Shown piece after piece: positions 12,222 through 25,052 of a DNA stretch of 64,000 bases. The notes under the pieces were generated by a model that was not told where the DNA came from, searched no databases, and was given only the letters and a program-made list of their open reading frames with translations. A program made the translations under genes and the position numbers. Every line of letters starts with the position of its first letter. Positions within the stretch are counted from its first letter, which is position 1. The DNA is taken from assembly GCF_004010195.1 (NCBI RefSeq), contig NC_057725.1, forward strand, positions 57,320,323-57,384,322, read 5' to 3'. Source of the stretch: Chiloscyllium plagiosum. Taxonomy: Eukaryota.

Positions 12222-12454
12222 ATGCATTCCACAGAGATTGGTATCCCATCACCAAGTCACCCTTTATTTACATGTGGAGAGTTTTTGACACTGTTCCAGC
12301 TTCCTCACAGCCAGCTCTCAGAGTGAGCAGAACCTCTGACACTCCTGTTTACATTTGTCAGCCAGGGCTCCCTGATTGGACCAGGTTAACAGCCCCAATC
12401 AGGGCATTGATATTCTGTGAGGTCCACCTGGCTGGCTTCATTACAATCACTACA
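12222..12454 (-). mobile_element. Solo LTR (Gypsy/BEL-like)
   Basis: Minus strand starts TGTAGTGATTGTAA and ends ...GCA; internal CCAAT boxes and AATAAA (plus-strand TTTATT 12263-12268). Confidence 0.6.
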
Positions 12455-12564
12455 ATTCCTATGATCTTACTCCACTATTCATTAGGATCACGGATGATCT
12501 GTTATGGTCTCGACTCCACAGCCCACTAGCTCCCAACTGTCACATTGTCCATCAAAAACCTATT

Positions 12565-13170
12565 GATGAGGAATTGGGTCATCCTGTTGTAGCTGTACAA
12601 GACATTGATAAGGTCACAGTTGGAATACTGCATTAAGCATTGGTTGCCCTACTATAGAAAATATATTATTAAACTAGAAAGAGTACAGAAATGATTTACT
12701 AGGATGCTTCATAGACTAGAAGGTTTGAGTTATTCGGAGACACTGGAAAGGCTGGGGCTTTTTTCCCTGGAGCATAGGAGACTGAGGGATGATCCTAAAG
12801 AGCTTTATAAAATCATGAGAGGCATAGCTAAGGTGGATAGCCAACAGCTTTTCCCTATGATAGGGAAGTCTAAAACTAGAGGGCATAGGTTTAAGGTGAG
12901 AGGAGAGAGATACGAAAGGGTCCAGAGGGACAATTTTTTCACACAGAGAGTGGTGAGTGTTTGGAATGAGCTGCCAGTGGTAGTGGTAGAGGTGAGTACA
13001 ATTTCATCATTTAAGAAACATTTAGATTGGAATGTGGATGAAATATTTATGAAGGGATATGGACCAAATGCAAGCAAATGGGACAAGATTAATTGTGGAA
13101 ACTGGACAGCATGGGCAAATTGAGCTGAAGGCCCTGTCTCATGGTATAAACATCAATGACTCCATGATGC
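12565..13170 (+). mobile_element. CR1/HER1-like LINE 3' fragment
   Basis: ORF 12704-13123 LGLFSLEHRRLR...TRGHRFKVRGERY...FFTQRVVSVWNELP. Confidence 0.92.
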
Positions 13171-13229
13171 TATGAAGGATGAATTGGAGTTTGTGTTAGT
13201 CTATGGTGTGGTGTCGCATCTGCTGACAT

Positions 13230-13425
13230 CCTCAGCTCTCAAACCTTTGTAACTGCCTCTCTTCCTTCAAGATGTTTCTTAAAGCCTCTCTTGGACCAAA
13301 TTCTTGGCATCTATCCCAACATCTGCTTATGTGGCTTGGTGTCAAATTCTGTTCAATAATGTTCCTGCTGAATGGTCTTGGAACATTTTACTACATAAAG
13401 AATACTCTTATCACTGCAAGTGGTC
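13230..13425 (+). mobile_element. L2-type LINE 3' end
   Basis: CCTTCAAGATGTTTCTTAAAGCC...GTGGCTTGGTGTCAAATT...ACATTTTACTACATAAAG; similar segments at 30285-30625(+) and 55760-56170(-). Confidence 0.55.
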
Positions 13426-16318
13426 ACAAATTCGATAATTTGTTTTTGTTATTTCCATAGTTGTTCATGAATGTTTAAAATCAACCAATTGAGCATCAGG
13501 CTCCTTGGTGTGGGTTTGAAGATTTGATGTAGCATTGTACAGATGTTTGCAGGCAAACTGCAGTGACATGAATATTTAGTCAGGAAAGGCTCCCAAGAAT
13601 TATTGTACGTAGCCCGACTTGCAGAGAACAACCTGCTGATACCTTGCAACAAGACCCAAGGCAGGTCATTCCTATCGCTCACTTACTGCACTTACACTGT
13701 GGGTAAATAAATTATCCTTGACCCTGAACTTTGGTGGAACTGGCTGTCCTCCAGTTAAACTCTGTCTTCCAGTAACCTGGCTCAGGACTGTGTTTTCTTA
13801 ACCTCTTGTTATTTTATTTCATCCAATGAGACTAATATGATCACTGAGTGTATATAGTGAGTTGTTATGGTATTTTCATAAAAACCAAGAGTACATTCCA
13901 TAATTTTCTTCGTCTCTCCTCTGCATTAAAAATAAATGAGTTGTCTTGGAAGCTAAACTATACACATGATTCCAATGTCACTGAGTTCTGTGTGAGATGC
14001 AATCAGCAGTAAAACATGGATTCCTGAGGCTTCAGTGATCACAGTGATGGATGGGATGCCTGGGATAGCAGTTCCAGAGGTCTCCTACTCATAGCTTAGA
14101 AGTCCTATTGTGAGTTCTGGGGGTATATGGCGAGGAGATCATTCCTCAAGGAAAGGAGACCAACTTCCTAAGGCCAGCTGAGCATGGATGGAAATGGCCG
14201 AGACAGTCCAGGGGAGTGTGCAACCTGAAAAGACTTTGCCAGGAAGGTGCAGGAGCTGAGTGTGGGCACTGTGGAGTGGGGGAAGAAGAAAGGCTGAGAG
14301 CAGAATATTTTCAGCTGCCAATCCCACATTATGACACAGCATTTCTCATATCTCACTGCTTTTATTTCATTCTCCCCTCCTTATATTCTCATCTGGATAG
14401 CCAACTCTCCTCCTCACACCTGCACCTTCCACAAATGTTGTCTTCCCCTCTTCTACACACAAGTTATGCTTTTTAAACATTTCTGCTTTTTCTCCTTATA
14501 GAAGAAGTGAATATATAACTTGGGAAAAAGGCAGGGAGCTGGCAGATAGATGGGTCAGTGCCCCTCCACTGATAGGTACCTTGATGATCCAGTGGGAAAT
14601 AAGTCTTGTTCCAGGGTGCTCCAAATGTCAGCGACAATGATATTCTGGCATATTGAGAACGCTGTTCCTCATCCTGTAGCATTGTTGTGGAGTAGATGTG
14701 TACTGTACATTGATTGGTGTGGTGTCATGAGTTTTCTTTGAGGCTGGCGCATGACTGGTGCCCATGTCTGTGGACATAGGCTGCATGGGTCTGGTGCCCA
14801 TGGAGTGTACCCTCAAATGTTTGGTGTTCAGTGTGCAGGTCCTTTGGGCCAGGTGGTGAGCTGAAGTCATCAGGTGGCCACTCTGTTTGCCCTGTTGAGA
14901 ATTCTCATGTCTAGTTTGCTGGGAAGTCAGTGCATCTACCATGTCAGTTGGTGTGCGCGAACCCTCCACACCGTTCGGCTGAGAGGAGATACTGATGGGG
15001 CATGATTTGGGATTCCTGGCCAATTTTCACTGTCCCAGGGTAAGAGCACCCTGCACCCCTGAGCTTTGCATTACTGCAAGGCATCTCGTAGCTGCTTCAC
15101 CCCAACCTCCTGCAATTTTCACAGTGTTGGACCATTTCCCCGTGACTTGTAATTCATGACTTCTCAGAGGAGTCATAAACCATAGTAAGGATACAACTAC
15201 TTTTTGAAAGGTGAGTCTACATGTTCTTAACAGTTCCCCATGATTCTTCATGCTCCCTTTATTCCGATTTAGTGCAAACTCATAACCCCCACTGACCCCA
15301 TCACCCCTTATACTCTTCATTCTAATTTGATACTAAATTATACACATGTCTCTAGTTCCTTCCCAAAGCCACTCATATTGTCAATGCCAACTCAATGGCT
15401 CATTTTACAAACATAAACTCAGCAAGGGCTTCTGTTTGAGCACTGAATTGTTGACTGTGCTTGATTGACATTGTTATTGTAAATTGTTCTTTCTGTGATC
15501 TGTTCTGTCAATGTCTCAAAGTTATTTTGGACACAGTTATCAGGAATGAAATGGTTTAGTCCTCTGTTATTTGGTACGTTATCAGTCTGTCTGATTGACA
15601 TAGTTATAGGGTTGTAGGAACAGCAGCCATTCTTTAAAGGAAGACTTGTGAATAATATTTTTTTCTCTTTGTCAGCACTTCCACACTTGCTATTTTTATT
15701 AGATGGCTCATTGATTATCTGCACAGTGCCCACTGGGTGATTGGTCATGGAAGGGGCAGTGAGTTGGCATGGACAATGAAGTGCCATAGTGGGGGGAATG
15801 AGTTGACTTTTAGAATCTGAGGGACCATGGGGCTATTTAGGGGGTACAATATGGAATTAAGTTGGCATGGAACATGATGTGCCTTTGGGCTCTTGGGGAG
15901 GTGGGGAGGGGGTGGTCATGAGTTGGCAAGGATAGGGGAGTCACAAGTTTTGTTTTGCATTGGTGTCAACTGGTATGAATACTTGTGGAAGGTATAATGG
16001 GCCAATAGGATGTGAGGGCTGAAGGGTCTAGAATTTTATAAAGCAGCTGAGTAAGAGGCTCCAGAGAAGTGAAATGGGCTTTTCAGGTAGCCCACCTCAG
16101 GACCGGTCCATTCATGTGGTTGCTTACTCTCAGCTTCCAGGATTGGCAGGCCTGACTACACACCACATGCTCTCTCTAGGTCCAGGTTCAGCAAGTCGTG
16201 AGATTTACTGGCTGGATCTACGCACCTCGAGCCAATATCCGGCCCATATAATGACACAGGAGGCTATTCCACCCGCCATGCTTGAGACAGCTCTTTGATA
16301 GAGCTGTTCAATTAATTC

Positions 16319-16531
16319 AAAAAGTGTGGCACTGGAAAAGCTCAGCAGGTCAAGCAGCATCCGAGGAGTAGGAGAGTCGATGTTTTGGGCATAATGTCAT
16401 TCCTGATGAAGGGTTTATGCCCGAAACATCGACTTTCCTAATCCTTGGATGCTGCCTGACATGTTGTGCTTTTCCAGCACCACACTTTTGGACTCTGACT
16501 CTCCAGCATCTGCAGTCCTCACTTTCTTCCA
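16319..16531. mobile_element. Penelope-like fold-back element, family B, with hammerhead core
   Basis: Inverted arms; CTGATGA (16403-16409)-A-GGGTTTATGCCC-GAAA (16423-16426)-CATC; TSD TTCAATTAA(T/C)TC at 16307-16318 and 16532-16543. Confidence 0.82.
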
Positions 16532-17707
16532 TTCAATTAACTCCACAGATTTGCTCTTTCCTCACAAACTGTAAAACAGAAAAGAATGCCAATCTCTCGA
16601 ACATTTATCCAAAGTTTTGTTTTGTGGGCGTGATTCTGCTTCCACCACCCTGTTCAGGCAGTGCCCCCCTTGAAAACAAGGTCTCTGATCCTACCTTTGG
16701 AAAATGATTGCGAGACAGACAGATTGGCAAACTGGCACACCAGGCTGTCCAGGGATGTGAATCTGTGTCTGCCTGCCTTTATGTGCAATCCATTCAGCCC
16801 ATTGAGCCTGTTCTGCCAGTTAGGTCATGGCTTATTTGTCTCTCAAATCCATTTACTCACGTTGAACCAAATCTCTTGATATCCCTTAATAAAAATAATC
16901 TGCCAACCCTATCTTGAATATTTTTAATTCACCCAGCAGCTGCAAACTTTTTTTTTTACCCTTGGTGCACCTGGGCCTTTTAGAAATATGTTTCTGATTT
17001 TACTCCTTCGAGTCTACAGGGGAAACCTTTCCAGCTGGAATCATCTTCAGCACTTGCCTCTGGATCTTTTTGAAGGGGATAATATTCTCACTGTGATTAA
17101 CTGGCCAAAACTGCATACAGGATTCCAACTGGGGTCTGACCAGTGCCAGTAGCAACACTACAACCTCTTTTGATCTGCGCTCCTATTCCTCACATGTTCT
17201 GCAGGATCCTGAGCCCCATCCAGTTTCAATTCATAGGAAATTCTATATTTTATCTTTTTTCTTATGTGAGTTCACAGCTTGGCTGAGTGATTGGAATATT
17301 CAACAAAAAAGCCACGGCCTCTGTGTTGAAGATTTGCTTGGCCTTCAATTGTGGTGCAGTGGGTAAAACAAAATGCAAATATTTGGAAGCATTTCATACA
17401 AATATATTGAACTGGTTAGCGTTTTTACATAAAAGTAATTGCATTCTGAGTACAAGGTTCAATTTCCAAATTTTCATTGGAAATACAACTCATGAAGAGA
17501 GATAAAATAAAAAGCCAACTTGTTAGTGCTGGTTTTACCCGATTGAATGTAATTCGCATTTATTCCATTGTGTTAGGGTCAAACCTTCATGCATAGCATT
17601 TAGAGGTGCGAAGTATTTTCTACAAGCACGAAGGGTATGGTATTTTTCAAAGCGGATTTGTTCTAATTGATGCAGAAATTCTAGATACATTTGCATTTTT
17701 GCCTGCT

Positions 17708-17966
17708 GGGGCGGCACAGTGGCTCAGTGGTTAGCACTGCAGCCTCACGGCGCCAGAGACCCAGGTTCAATTCCCGCCTCAGGCGACTGACTGTGTGGAG
17801 TTTTCACATTCTCCCCGTGTCTGTGTGGGTTTCCTCCCACAGTCCAAAGATGTGCAGGTCAGGTGAATTGGCCATGCTAAATTGCCCATAGTCAGTGGGG
17901 AAGTGGGTCTGGGTGGGTTGCTGGTTGGGCCGAAGGGCCTGTTTCCACACTGTAGGGAATCTAATC
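17708..17966 (+). mobile_element. HE1-like V-SINE with internal deletions
   Basis: GGCGGCACAGTGGCTCAGTGGTTAGCACTGC head, V-domain, CR1-like tail. Confidence 0.9.
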
Positions 17967-18190
17967 AAACCAGATTAAGATGGCTCAGGAATTGCTTGCT
18001 GTTGGCCAGAAGATGAGAGTCTTGAAAGGAGCAGGATGAAAGCCTGATTCCATTTAACCTCTCAGAGCCATTCATTATTCTTAAGATATTGAATTAAATC
18101 TGTTTCAAATGTATTGGTTGCTTAGTAAAAACCCAAGAGATGTTTGCGAAAAAAACCAGTGAGGATTGTGCACAATACCAGATGGCTGTT

Positions 18191-19530
18191 CGAGTCATAA
18201 AGTCCTACAGCAGAAAACAGACCCTTTAGTCCAACTAGTGCACACCAACCAGAATTCCAAACTAAACTAGTCCCACTTGGCCCATTTCCCTCCAAACCTA
18301 TCCTCTTCATGGACTTATCTGAATGTTGTAACTGTACCTGCATCCACTGGAAGTTCATTCCATGCACAGACCGCCCTCTGTGTAAAAGAGTTGCACCTCA
18401 GGTCCCTTTTCATTCTTTCTACTCTCACCTTAAAAATATGCCCCTTAGGTCTGAACTCCCTAACCCTAGGGAAAGGATCCTCATCATGATTTGGATGCAA
18501 GCATAAGAGGTACAGTTAGTAAGTTTGCAGATGACACCAAAATTGGAGGTGTAGTGGACAGATTACAACAGGATCTGGAGCAGATGGGCCAATGGGCTGA
18601 GAAGCAGCAGATGGAGTTTAATTCAGATAAATGCAAGGTGCTGCATTTTGGGAAAGCAAATTTTAGCAGGACTTATACACTTAATGGTAAGGTCCTCGGG
18701 AGTGTTGCTGAACAAAGAGACCTTGGAGTGCAGGTTGATAGCTCCTTGAAAGTGGAGTCGCAGGTAGATAGGATAGTGAAGAAGACGTTTGGTATGCTTT
18801 CCTTTATTGGTCAGAGTATTGAGTACAGGTGTTGGGAGGTTGTGTTGCGGCTGTACAGGACATTGGTTAGGCCACTGTTGGAATATTGCATGCAATTTTG
18901 GTCTTCTTCCTATCAGAAAGCTGTTGTGAAACTTGAAAGGATTCAGAAAAGATTTACAGGGATGTTGCCAGGGTTGGAGGATTTGAGCTATAGGGAGAGG
19001 CTGAACAGGCTGGGGCTGTTTTCTCTGGAGCGTCGGAAGCTGAGGGGTGACCTTATAGAGGTTTAGAAAATTATGAGGGGCAAGGATAGGGTAGGCAAAG
19101 TCTTTTCCCTGGGGTTGGGGAGCCCAGAACTAGAGAGCATAGGTTTAGGGTGAGAGGGGAAGATATAAAAGAGACCTACGGGGCAACTTTTTCACGCAGA
19201 GGGTGATATGTGTATGGAATGAGCTGCCAGAGGAAGTGGTGGAGGCTGGTACAATTGCAACATTTAAGAGGCATTTGGATGGGTATATGATTAGGAAGGG
19301 TTTGGAGGGATATGGGCTGGGTGTTGGCAGGTCGGACTAGATCGGGTTGGGATACCTGGTCGGCATGGACGGGTTAGAAGGGTCTATTTCCGTTCTGTAC
19401 ATCTCTATGACTCTATGACTCTATTCACCTTGTTTCATGGTTTTGTAAACCTCAATAAGGTCACCCCTGAACCTCCTACGCTCCAGTGAAAAAAAGTCCC
19501 AGCCTTTCCAGCCAATTGTTATATCTCAAA
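18191..19530 (-). mobile_element. CR1 LINE 3' fragment (18191-18480 and 19421-19530) split by a plus-strand CR1
   Basis: Minus ORF 18315-18500 FTQRAVCAWNELP; collinear continuation CTATTCACCTT...GGTCACCCCTGAACCTCC after the insert. Confidence 0.8.
18487..19423 (+). mobile_element. CR1/HER1-like LINE, 5'-truncated, includes the RT catalytic motif
   Basis: ORF 18491-19066 SKFADDTKIGG...KCKVLHFG...EQRDLGVQV; premature stop at 19064-19066; tail (CTCTATGA)n. Confidence 0.95.
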
Positions 19531-19899
19531 CCCTCCCCCTCCCAATCCCAGCGAGTTTTACAAGTTCCTCAACCATTCAATGTACCAAAAATAAACTTGC
19601 AAGAGACTGCAGCATGCCAGGTAATGATTTCTTTTTGTTTAGAAGCAGTTATAGATGTTCGTTGAACTCTACCACATGATGTCCATAAATACCAATGACA
19701 GAGTTGCCAGGAGGAAACAGCAAAATCTTAACAGGGCTTGTCACTGCCTGTGGAGGTTACAAATAAAATGGAGTGCAATGGCCACCCTATACATATCCCC
19801 AAAGTGTGCTCTATGCTGCTGCAGAGAAGGATGCCCCATTTACAGGCAACTGATTCAAGTTTCTTTTAGCACTGCCTAATGCAATATTGAATACAATTG

Positions 19900-20600
19900 A
19901 CAATGAAATCCAACTATTGGCTCCAGTGGTCCAGCACACCATTTGGAGCAGAGTGTTCGAAGCCTGAGATCTCAAATCCCCCAGCACGAAGCGCATGGTC
20001 TGCAGAGCTCTCATGGTCCCAATCCTCCTGAATGCATCAGAAACATGGACCAGCCAGCTCAGATCACTGGCGAGTTATCACCAGTGCCATCTTCACTAAA
20101 TCCTGAAAATCCACTGGCAGGATAGGTGTCCCAATGTGGATGTCCTCTCCCCCAGTATTGAAGCACTGGTCATGTATAACCAGCTGTGATAGGGGGATCA
20201 CATTATCCGCATGCCGGCCACAAGATTCCCCAAAAAAGTGCTCTACTCCAAGCTGTGCAATAGTAAGCTATCACTAGGAGGGCAGAGGAAACTCGACAAG
20301 GTCTCATGCAACATCCCCACTGATCTGTGGGAATCGCTCACACTAGAACACACAAGTTGAAGAAGCATCATCTGCGAAGGTGCCTACTGTTAACCCCTCC
20401 CCCCACCCCATCCACCTTCAAACATGTGGAGCCAGCAGAGGCCAATCGCAAACAGCAGAAAGGGCATGCAGAATCCAGAGTGTCCCACTCGTCTAATACT
20501 GCCTGCAACGGATTCTGTGGATCCAAGATTGGACTACTCAACCACCACAGAACCCAGCCCGCAGAGTGAAAGCAAGTCATGCTTGACCCTGAGGGACTGC
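19900..20600 (+). mobile_element. RTE-clade LINE 3' fragment, degenerate
   Basis: Frameshifted motifs SETW, IHWQDRCPN, SIEAL, HIIRMPATRFPKKVLYSKL, GGQRK and C-terminal CGSKIGLLNHHRT. Confidence 0.7.
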
Positions 20601-20825
20601 CGGAGAGAAGATTTAATGCTAGGAAATTAGACAATCCAGATTCAATTGTCAGACAAGCGGACCAGTAGATGAATCCTGTGACTTACCTTCTTGCTCTGGC
20701 TAGGGATGTGAAAATGCCTTTGTTCCTTATTCCCAGCCAATCATGTGTGTCATAAAATGCATGTATGTGTGCATATTTATTAGCATTAGCTGAGAAAAGA
20801 AACAATTACAGAATTGATGTTTTCC

Positions 20826-21337
20826 ATATACTACTATAGGAAAGATACAGAGGCTTTGGGGAGGATGCAAAGAAGGCTTACCAGGATACTGCCTGGACAG
20901 GAGAGCTTGCCTTATGAAGAAAGGTTGACTAAGCTCGGACTTTTCTCTCTGGAGAGAAAGAGGAAGAGAGGTGACCTGATCGAAGTATATAAAGTACTGA
21001 GAGGCGTGGATAGAGTTAATAGCCAGAGACTTTTCCCCATGGTAGGATTGAGTGGCACAAGGGATCATAGTTTTAAGATATTAGGAGAAAGGTATAGAGG
21101 GAACGTCAGAGGAAGGTTCTTTACACAGAGAGTTGTGAATGCATGGAATGCATTGCCAGTGGTGGTGGTGGAAGCAGAGTCATGAGGGACATTTAAGCGA
21201 CTGCAGGACATGCACATGGACAGCAGTGAACTGAGGGTGTGTAGGTTAGGTTATTTTATTTTACATTAGGATTAATCCTTGGCACAACATCGTGGGCCGA
21301 AGGGCCTGTTCTGTGCTGTACTTTTCTATGTTCTATG
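20826..21337 (+). mobile_element. CR1 LINE 3' fragment (second subfamily)
   Basis: ORF 20814-21185 LGLFSLERKRKRGDLIEVYK...FFTQRVVNAWNALP; tail TTCTATGTTCTATG. Confidence 0.92.
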
Positions 21338-21339
21338 TA

Positions 21340-21572
21340 AGAGCTGAGGTGAAATATTTTTTTCTTAGAGGTTGTGAGTCTTTCGAATGCTCTTTGTGAT
21401 AGTGGGAGCTGAGTCCTTGAAGAATGTAAAGGCAGAGGTAGATTAATTCTTGCTGACCAAAGCAGAGAAAGGTTATTGGGATAGGCAGGAATGAGGTTAC
21501 AGTCAGAGCAGCCATGATTTTCTTGGAACAGACTCAAGGGGCTGAATGGCCTGACCTGCTCCTAGTTTATGT
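21340..21572 (+). mobile_element. Old CR1 3' end
   Basis: TTAGAGGTTGTGAGTCTTTCGAAT...CAGCCATGAT...AGGGGCTGAATGGCCT.CCTGCTCCTA tail. Confidence 0.65.
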
Positions 21573-21627
21573 GTACAAGAATACATGTCATTCCTCTGTT
21601 GAAAATTACGTGCATCTGCTTCAATAA

Positions 21628-22152
21628 CCATAAGACCATAAGACATAGGAGTGGAAGTAAGGCCATTCGGCCCATCGAGTCCACTCCGCCATTCAATCAT
21701 GGCTGATGCGCATTTCAGCTCCACTTACCAGCGTTCTCCCTGTAGCCCTTAATTCCTCTGGACAACAAGAATCTATCAATCTCGGCCTTGAAGACATTTA
21801 GCGTCCCGGCTTCCACTGCACTCCGTGGCAATGAATTCCACAGGCCCACCACTCTCTGGCTGAAGAAATGTCTCCGCATTTCTGTTCTGAAATGACCCCG
21901 TCTAATTCTAAGGCTGTGTCCACGGGTCCTAGTCTCCTCGTTTAACTGAAACAATTTCCTAGCATCTACCTTTTCCAAGCCATGTATTATTTTGTACGTC
22001 TCTATTAAGTCTCCCTTTAATCTTCTAAACTCCAACGAATACAATCCCAGTATCCTCAGCCGTTCCTCATATGTTAGACCTGTCATTCCAGGGATCATCC
22101 GTGTGAATCTCCGCTGGACACATTCCAGTGCCAGTATGTCCTTCCTGAGGTG
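21628..22152 (-). mobile_element. CR1 LINE 3' fragment (third subfamily, young)
   Basis: ORF 21715-22098 LGLYSLEFRRLKGDLIETYKI...FFSQRVVGLWNSLP; tail reads CCATAAGACCATAAGACATAGG on plus. Confidence 0.93.
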
Positions 22153-24469
22153 AAATTTTCAGACTCTTGGCCAGCCCAAACTATGCAGGATGCATCCATT
22201 ATAATGAGGGCTGTGCTGGAAGGGACACACAACCACACTTAGATAATCCGCACGCTGAGAATGCAACAGTGTTATTCACAATGTAGTTTACATTTGGCCT
22301 TCCTGTCAGTCAGAAGAAGAAGGAGGAGAAAACATAATGTAGGTGCCATGGCCTCACCCATTAATTGAAGAATCAAAAAAAGCTCTACTTCATGTCCATG
22401 CCCATCATATTAAGTGCCAAACCAACACCTAAGTGACCAACTGCAGATCTTCTCTGGAATGGACTTTAGGGGCAGAAATTCTGGTCTCTGAGAGCTGCCA
22501 GCAAATTACAGACTGGCAGTCATTCATTACCATCAGCACCACCATAAGAAGGTTGGTTTCTGCTGGCAATGGGTTCTCAGAAACCCAAGGTCATGAGGTG
22601 CCCTGTCTACAGGTGAATGACAGTGTGGTCACAGGGAAGGGCATGCTGACTGGTAACATTAGAACTGCAGGGATAAGTTGGAATGAATCTGTAAAAGTTT
22701 TTCTTAAATTTACTTGCAGCACGATTAAACATTTTCCAACATCCCGATTGCTCCTCAGTATTTATTATAGTGAATAGGTCTAGTATTACAGTCTTGCTAT
22801 AACTGATGTACCGTGAGTCTGGTTTGAATACTGCTCCTTACCCCTTTCTCTTCCTCTAGATTTTGTCCCACTGGTCAGTTCAAATAGGGATTGATAAATC
22901 CTTGATTTTCTCCTGGTCTGAGTAAGCCTTGTGTGTTTTGTTTTAAACACCAGGAGCAATGGAGATATCTTATTTTACCAACAGAGAGGTTGGGCTGTAG
23001 GTTGAACAGAGATACGTGTTGGAACTATCCTACATTTAGCATCTTTGAGCCAGTTTTCAGCTAGACTTTGGAATTTCAGTGTAGGGAAAACTACAAAACT
23101 TTGAGTGACCATCTTTTTTTTATTTGACAGGTATTACATCCTTAAGCACTTCCTTCAACTCCCTTCCGTGATAAATGCATACCTCCATGTTTGTAATGAA
23201 AACTACCTTACTTTTGCCAGGTTGTAATTACATATTCCTGCCACTAGTGGTCCTGTAGTGCCTTGTTTATTTTTTGTCCCTCCAACTCTTCCCACTCTAA
23301 TGCTCCAACAGCTCTTAACGGTGACATTCTCAATTCTAAGTCAGGGTTGAAATATTGCTCATGACAGTCCCAGTGAGTGGAGGTTTCTGATCTTAATTCC
23401 AGGAAGTTATGCAGTGCAGATATTTGTGTCTTGTGGATGTTAGTCACTCACTAATTACAGGGGTGTGTAAAATGTATTAAACCCTCCTGTCTTACAGGAC
23501 AAATCACCATGTTGATTCTATAATAATAGTTATGGTCACGGTATGAGTTTTCATGCAACAGTGTGTCAAGCTGTAAGTGAGCCATGAATCTTTATATCAC
23601 TTTATGCGGCTGTCCCAAGAGAATACCCATATGTTACAGTAAATAATATTATGTTTACAACACACATATATTAAACAGCAAAACATGCAGCAATTTGAGA
23701 GTCAGGTTTGTAAAGTTGATGTATCAACTCTACTTTCCGGGATCCCAAATTATTTTGCGATTTAATTATAATAACATCCATTTAAGTATTTTCTCAAAAT
23801 AAGGATAGAGTATATAATTTTTAAAACGGATGTGGCATTAGGCTGCAGTCTTGGTCTATTTGTCCCCTGCTCTCTAATCCCATTTCACCTGCACACCACA
23901 CTTTGTCTGAACTTCTCGTGTGCGCTGACTAGTAATTTTAGAAAGGCTCAGATGAACAGTCGCCTCTGCCATCCCACAAAGAAATTGATAGCTTGTGTGT
24001 TGTCCTTTCCTTCCCATGAAAATTGCAGACTTTAACATAGTTCTAAAGCCCACTTAAAAGATCAGAAGCTGCACTTCCAAGGACATCATTTTATTTTTAA
24101 GAACAAAAATGTAGCATTTGTAAAGATTCTCAAAGTCTTGACATCCACACCCTTGTTGTCTACAAAGTTAATGATTCCTGCTCTTCTGGGTAAGCTCACG
24201 TCATCCTGTTTCCTCTGTATCCTTCAACATAAACAAGACTCTGATGCCCATTTCATATTCTCCTTTCTAAAGACAGACAATCTTTCTACTCCTCAAATAT
24301 TGGTCTCTTCTACATTCTCCTTTCTTCATCCCAACTATGGTGAGTCTACCTTTAGCTTGCATATAGAGGTGTTAATTTCCAAAATGTTCTTTGTAAATCG
24401 AACCACTCCCTTCTTTAAGACCCTTTAAATACAATGGTCCACCCAATTTTAATATTTTCTACTTTTACT

Positions 24470-25052
24470 GGAGTACAAGATTTGGGTGGTCATTTTGCGG
24501 CTGTACAGGACATTGGTTAGGCCACTATTGGAACACTGCGTTCAGTTCTGATCTTCCTCCTATTGGAAGGATGTTGTGAAAGTTGAAAGGGTGCAGAAAA
24601 GATTTACAAGGATGTTGCCAGGGTTGAAGGGCTTGAGCTGTAGGAGAGGCTGAATAGGCTGGGGCTATTTTCCCTGGAGCATCGGAAGCTGAGGGGTGGC
24701 CTTATAGAGGTTTATAAATCATGAGGTGCATAGATAGAATGAATAGCCATTCTAGTCCAAGACTAGAGGGCATAGGTTTAAGGTGAGAGGAAACAGATAT
24801 AAAAGGGATCTGAGGGGCAAGTTTTCCATACAGAAGATAGTGCGTGTATGGAATGAGCTGCCAGAGGAAGTGTTGGAGGCTAGTGTAATTACAACATTTA
24901 AAAGGCATCTGGATGGGTACATGAATAGGAAAGGTTTAGAGGGATATGGGCCAAATGTTGGCAAATAGGACTTGATTAATTTAGGATATCTGGTCAGCAT
25001 GGATGAGTTGGATCAAAGGGTCTGTTTCCATGGTGTACAACTCAATGACTCT
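24470..25052 (+). mobile_element. CR1/HER1-like LINE 3' fragment
   Basis: Homologous to 5884-6541; VRVWNELPEEV...FKRHLDGYMNRKG. Confidence 0.92.

Noticed and set aside
14100-16300. GC-richer patches (also ~30830-31330, 31980-32760, 35080-35650, 39420-39800) as PIF/Harbinger relics
   Set aside because: The impression is plausible, but I could not define TIRs, TSDs or protein motifs.
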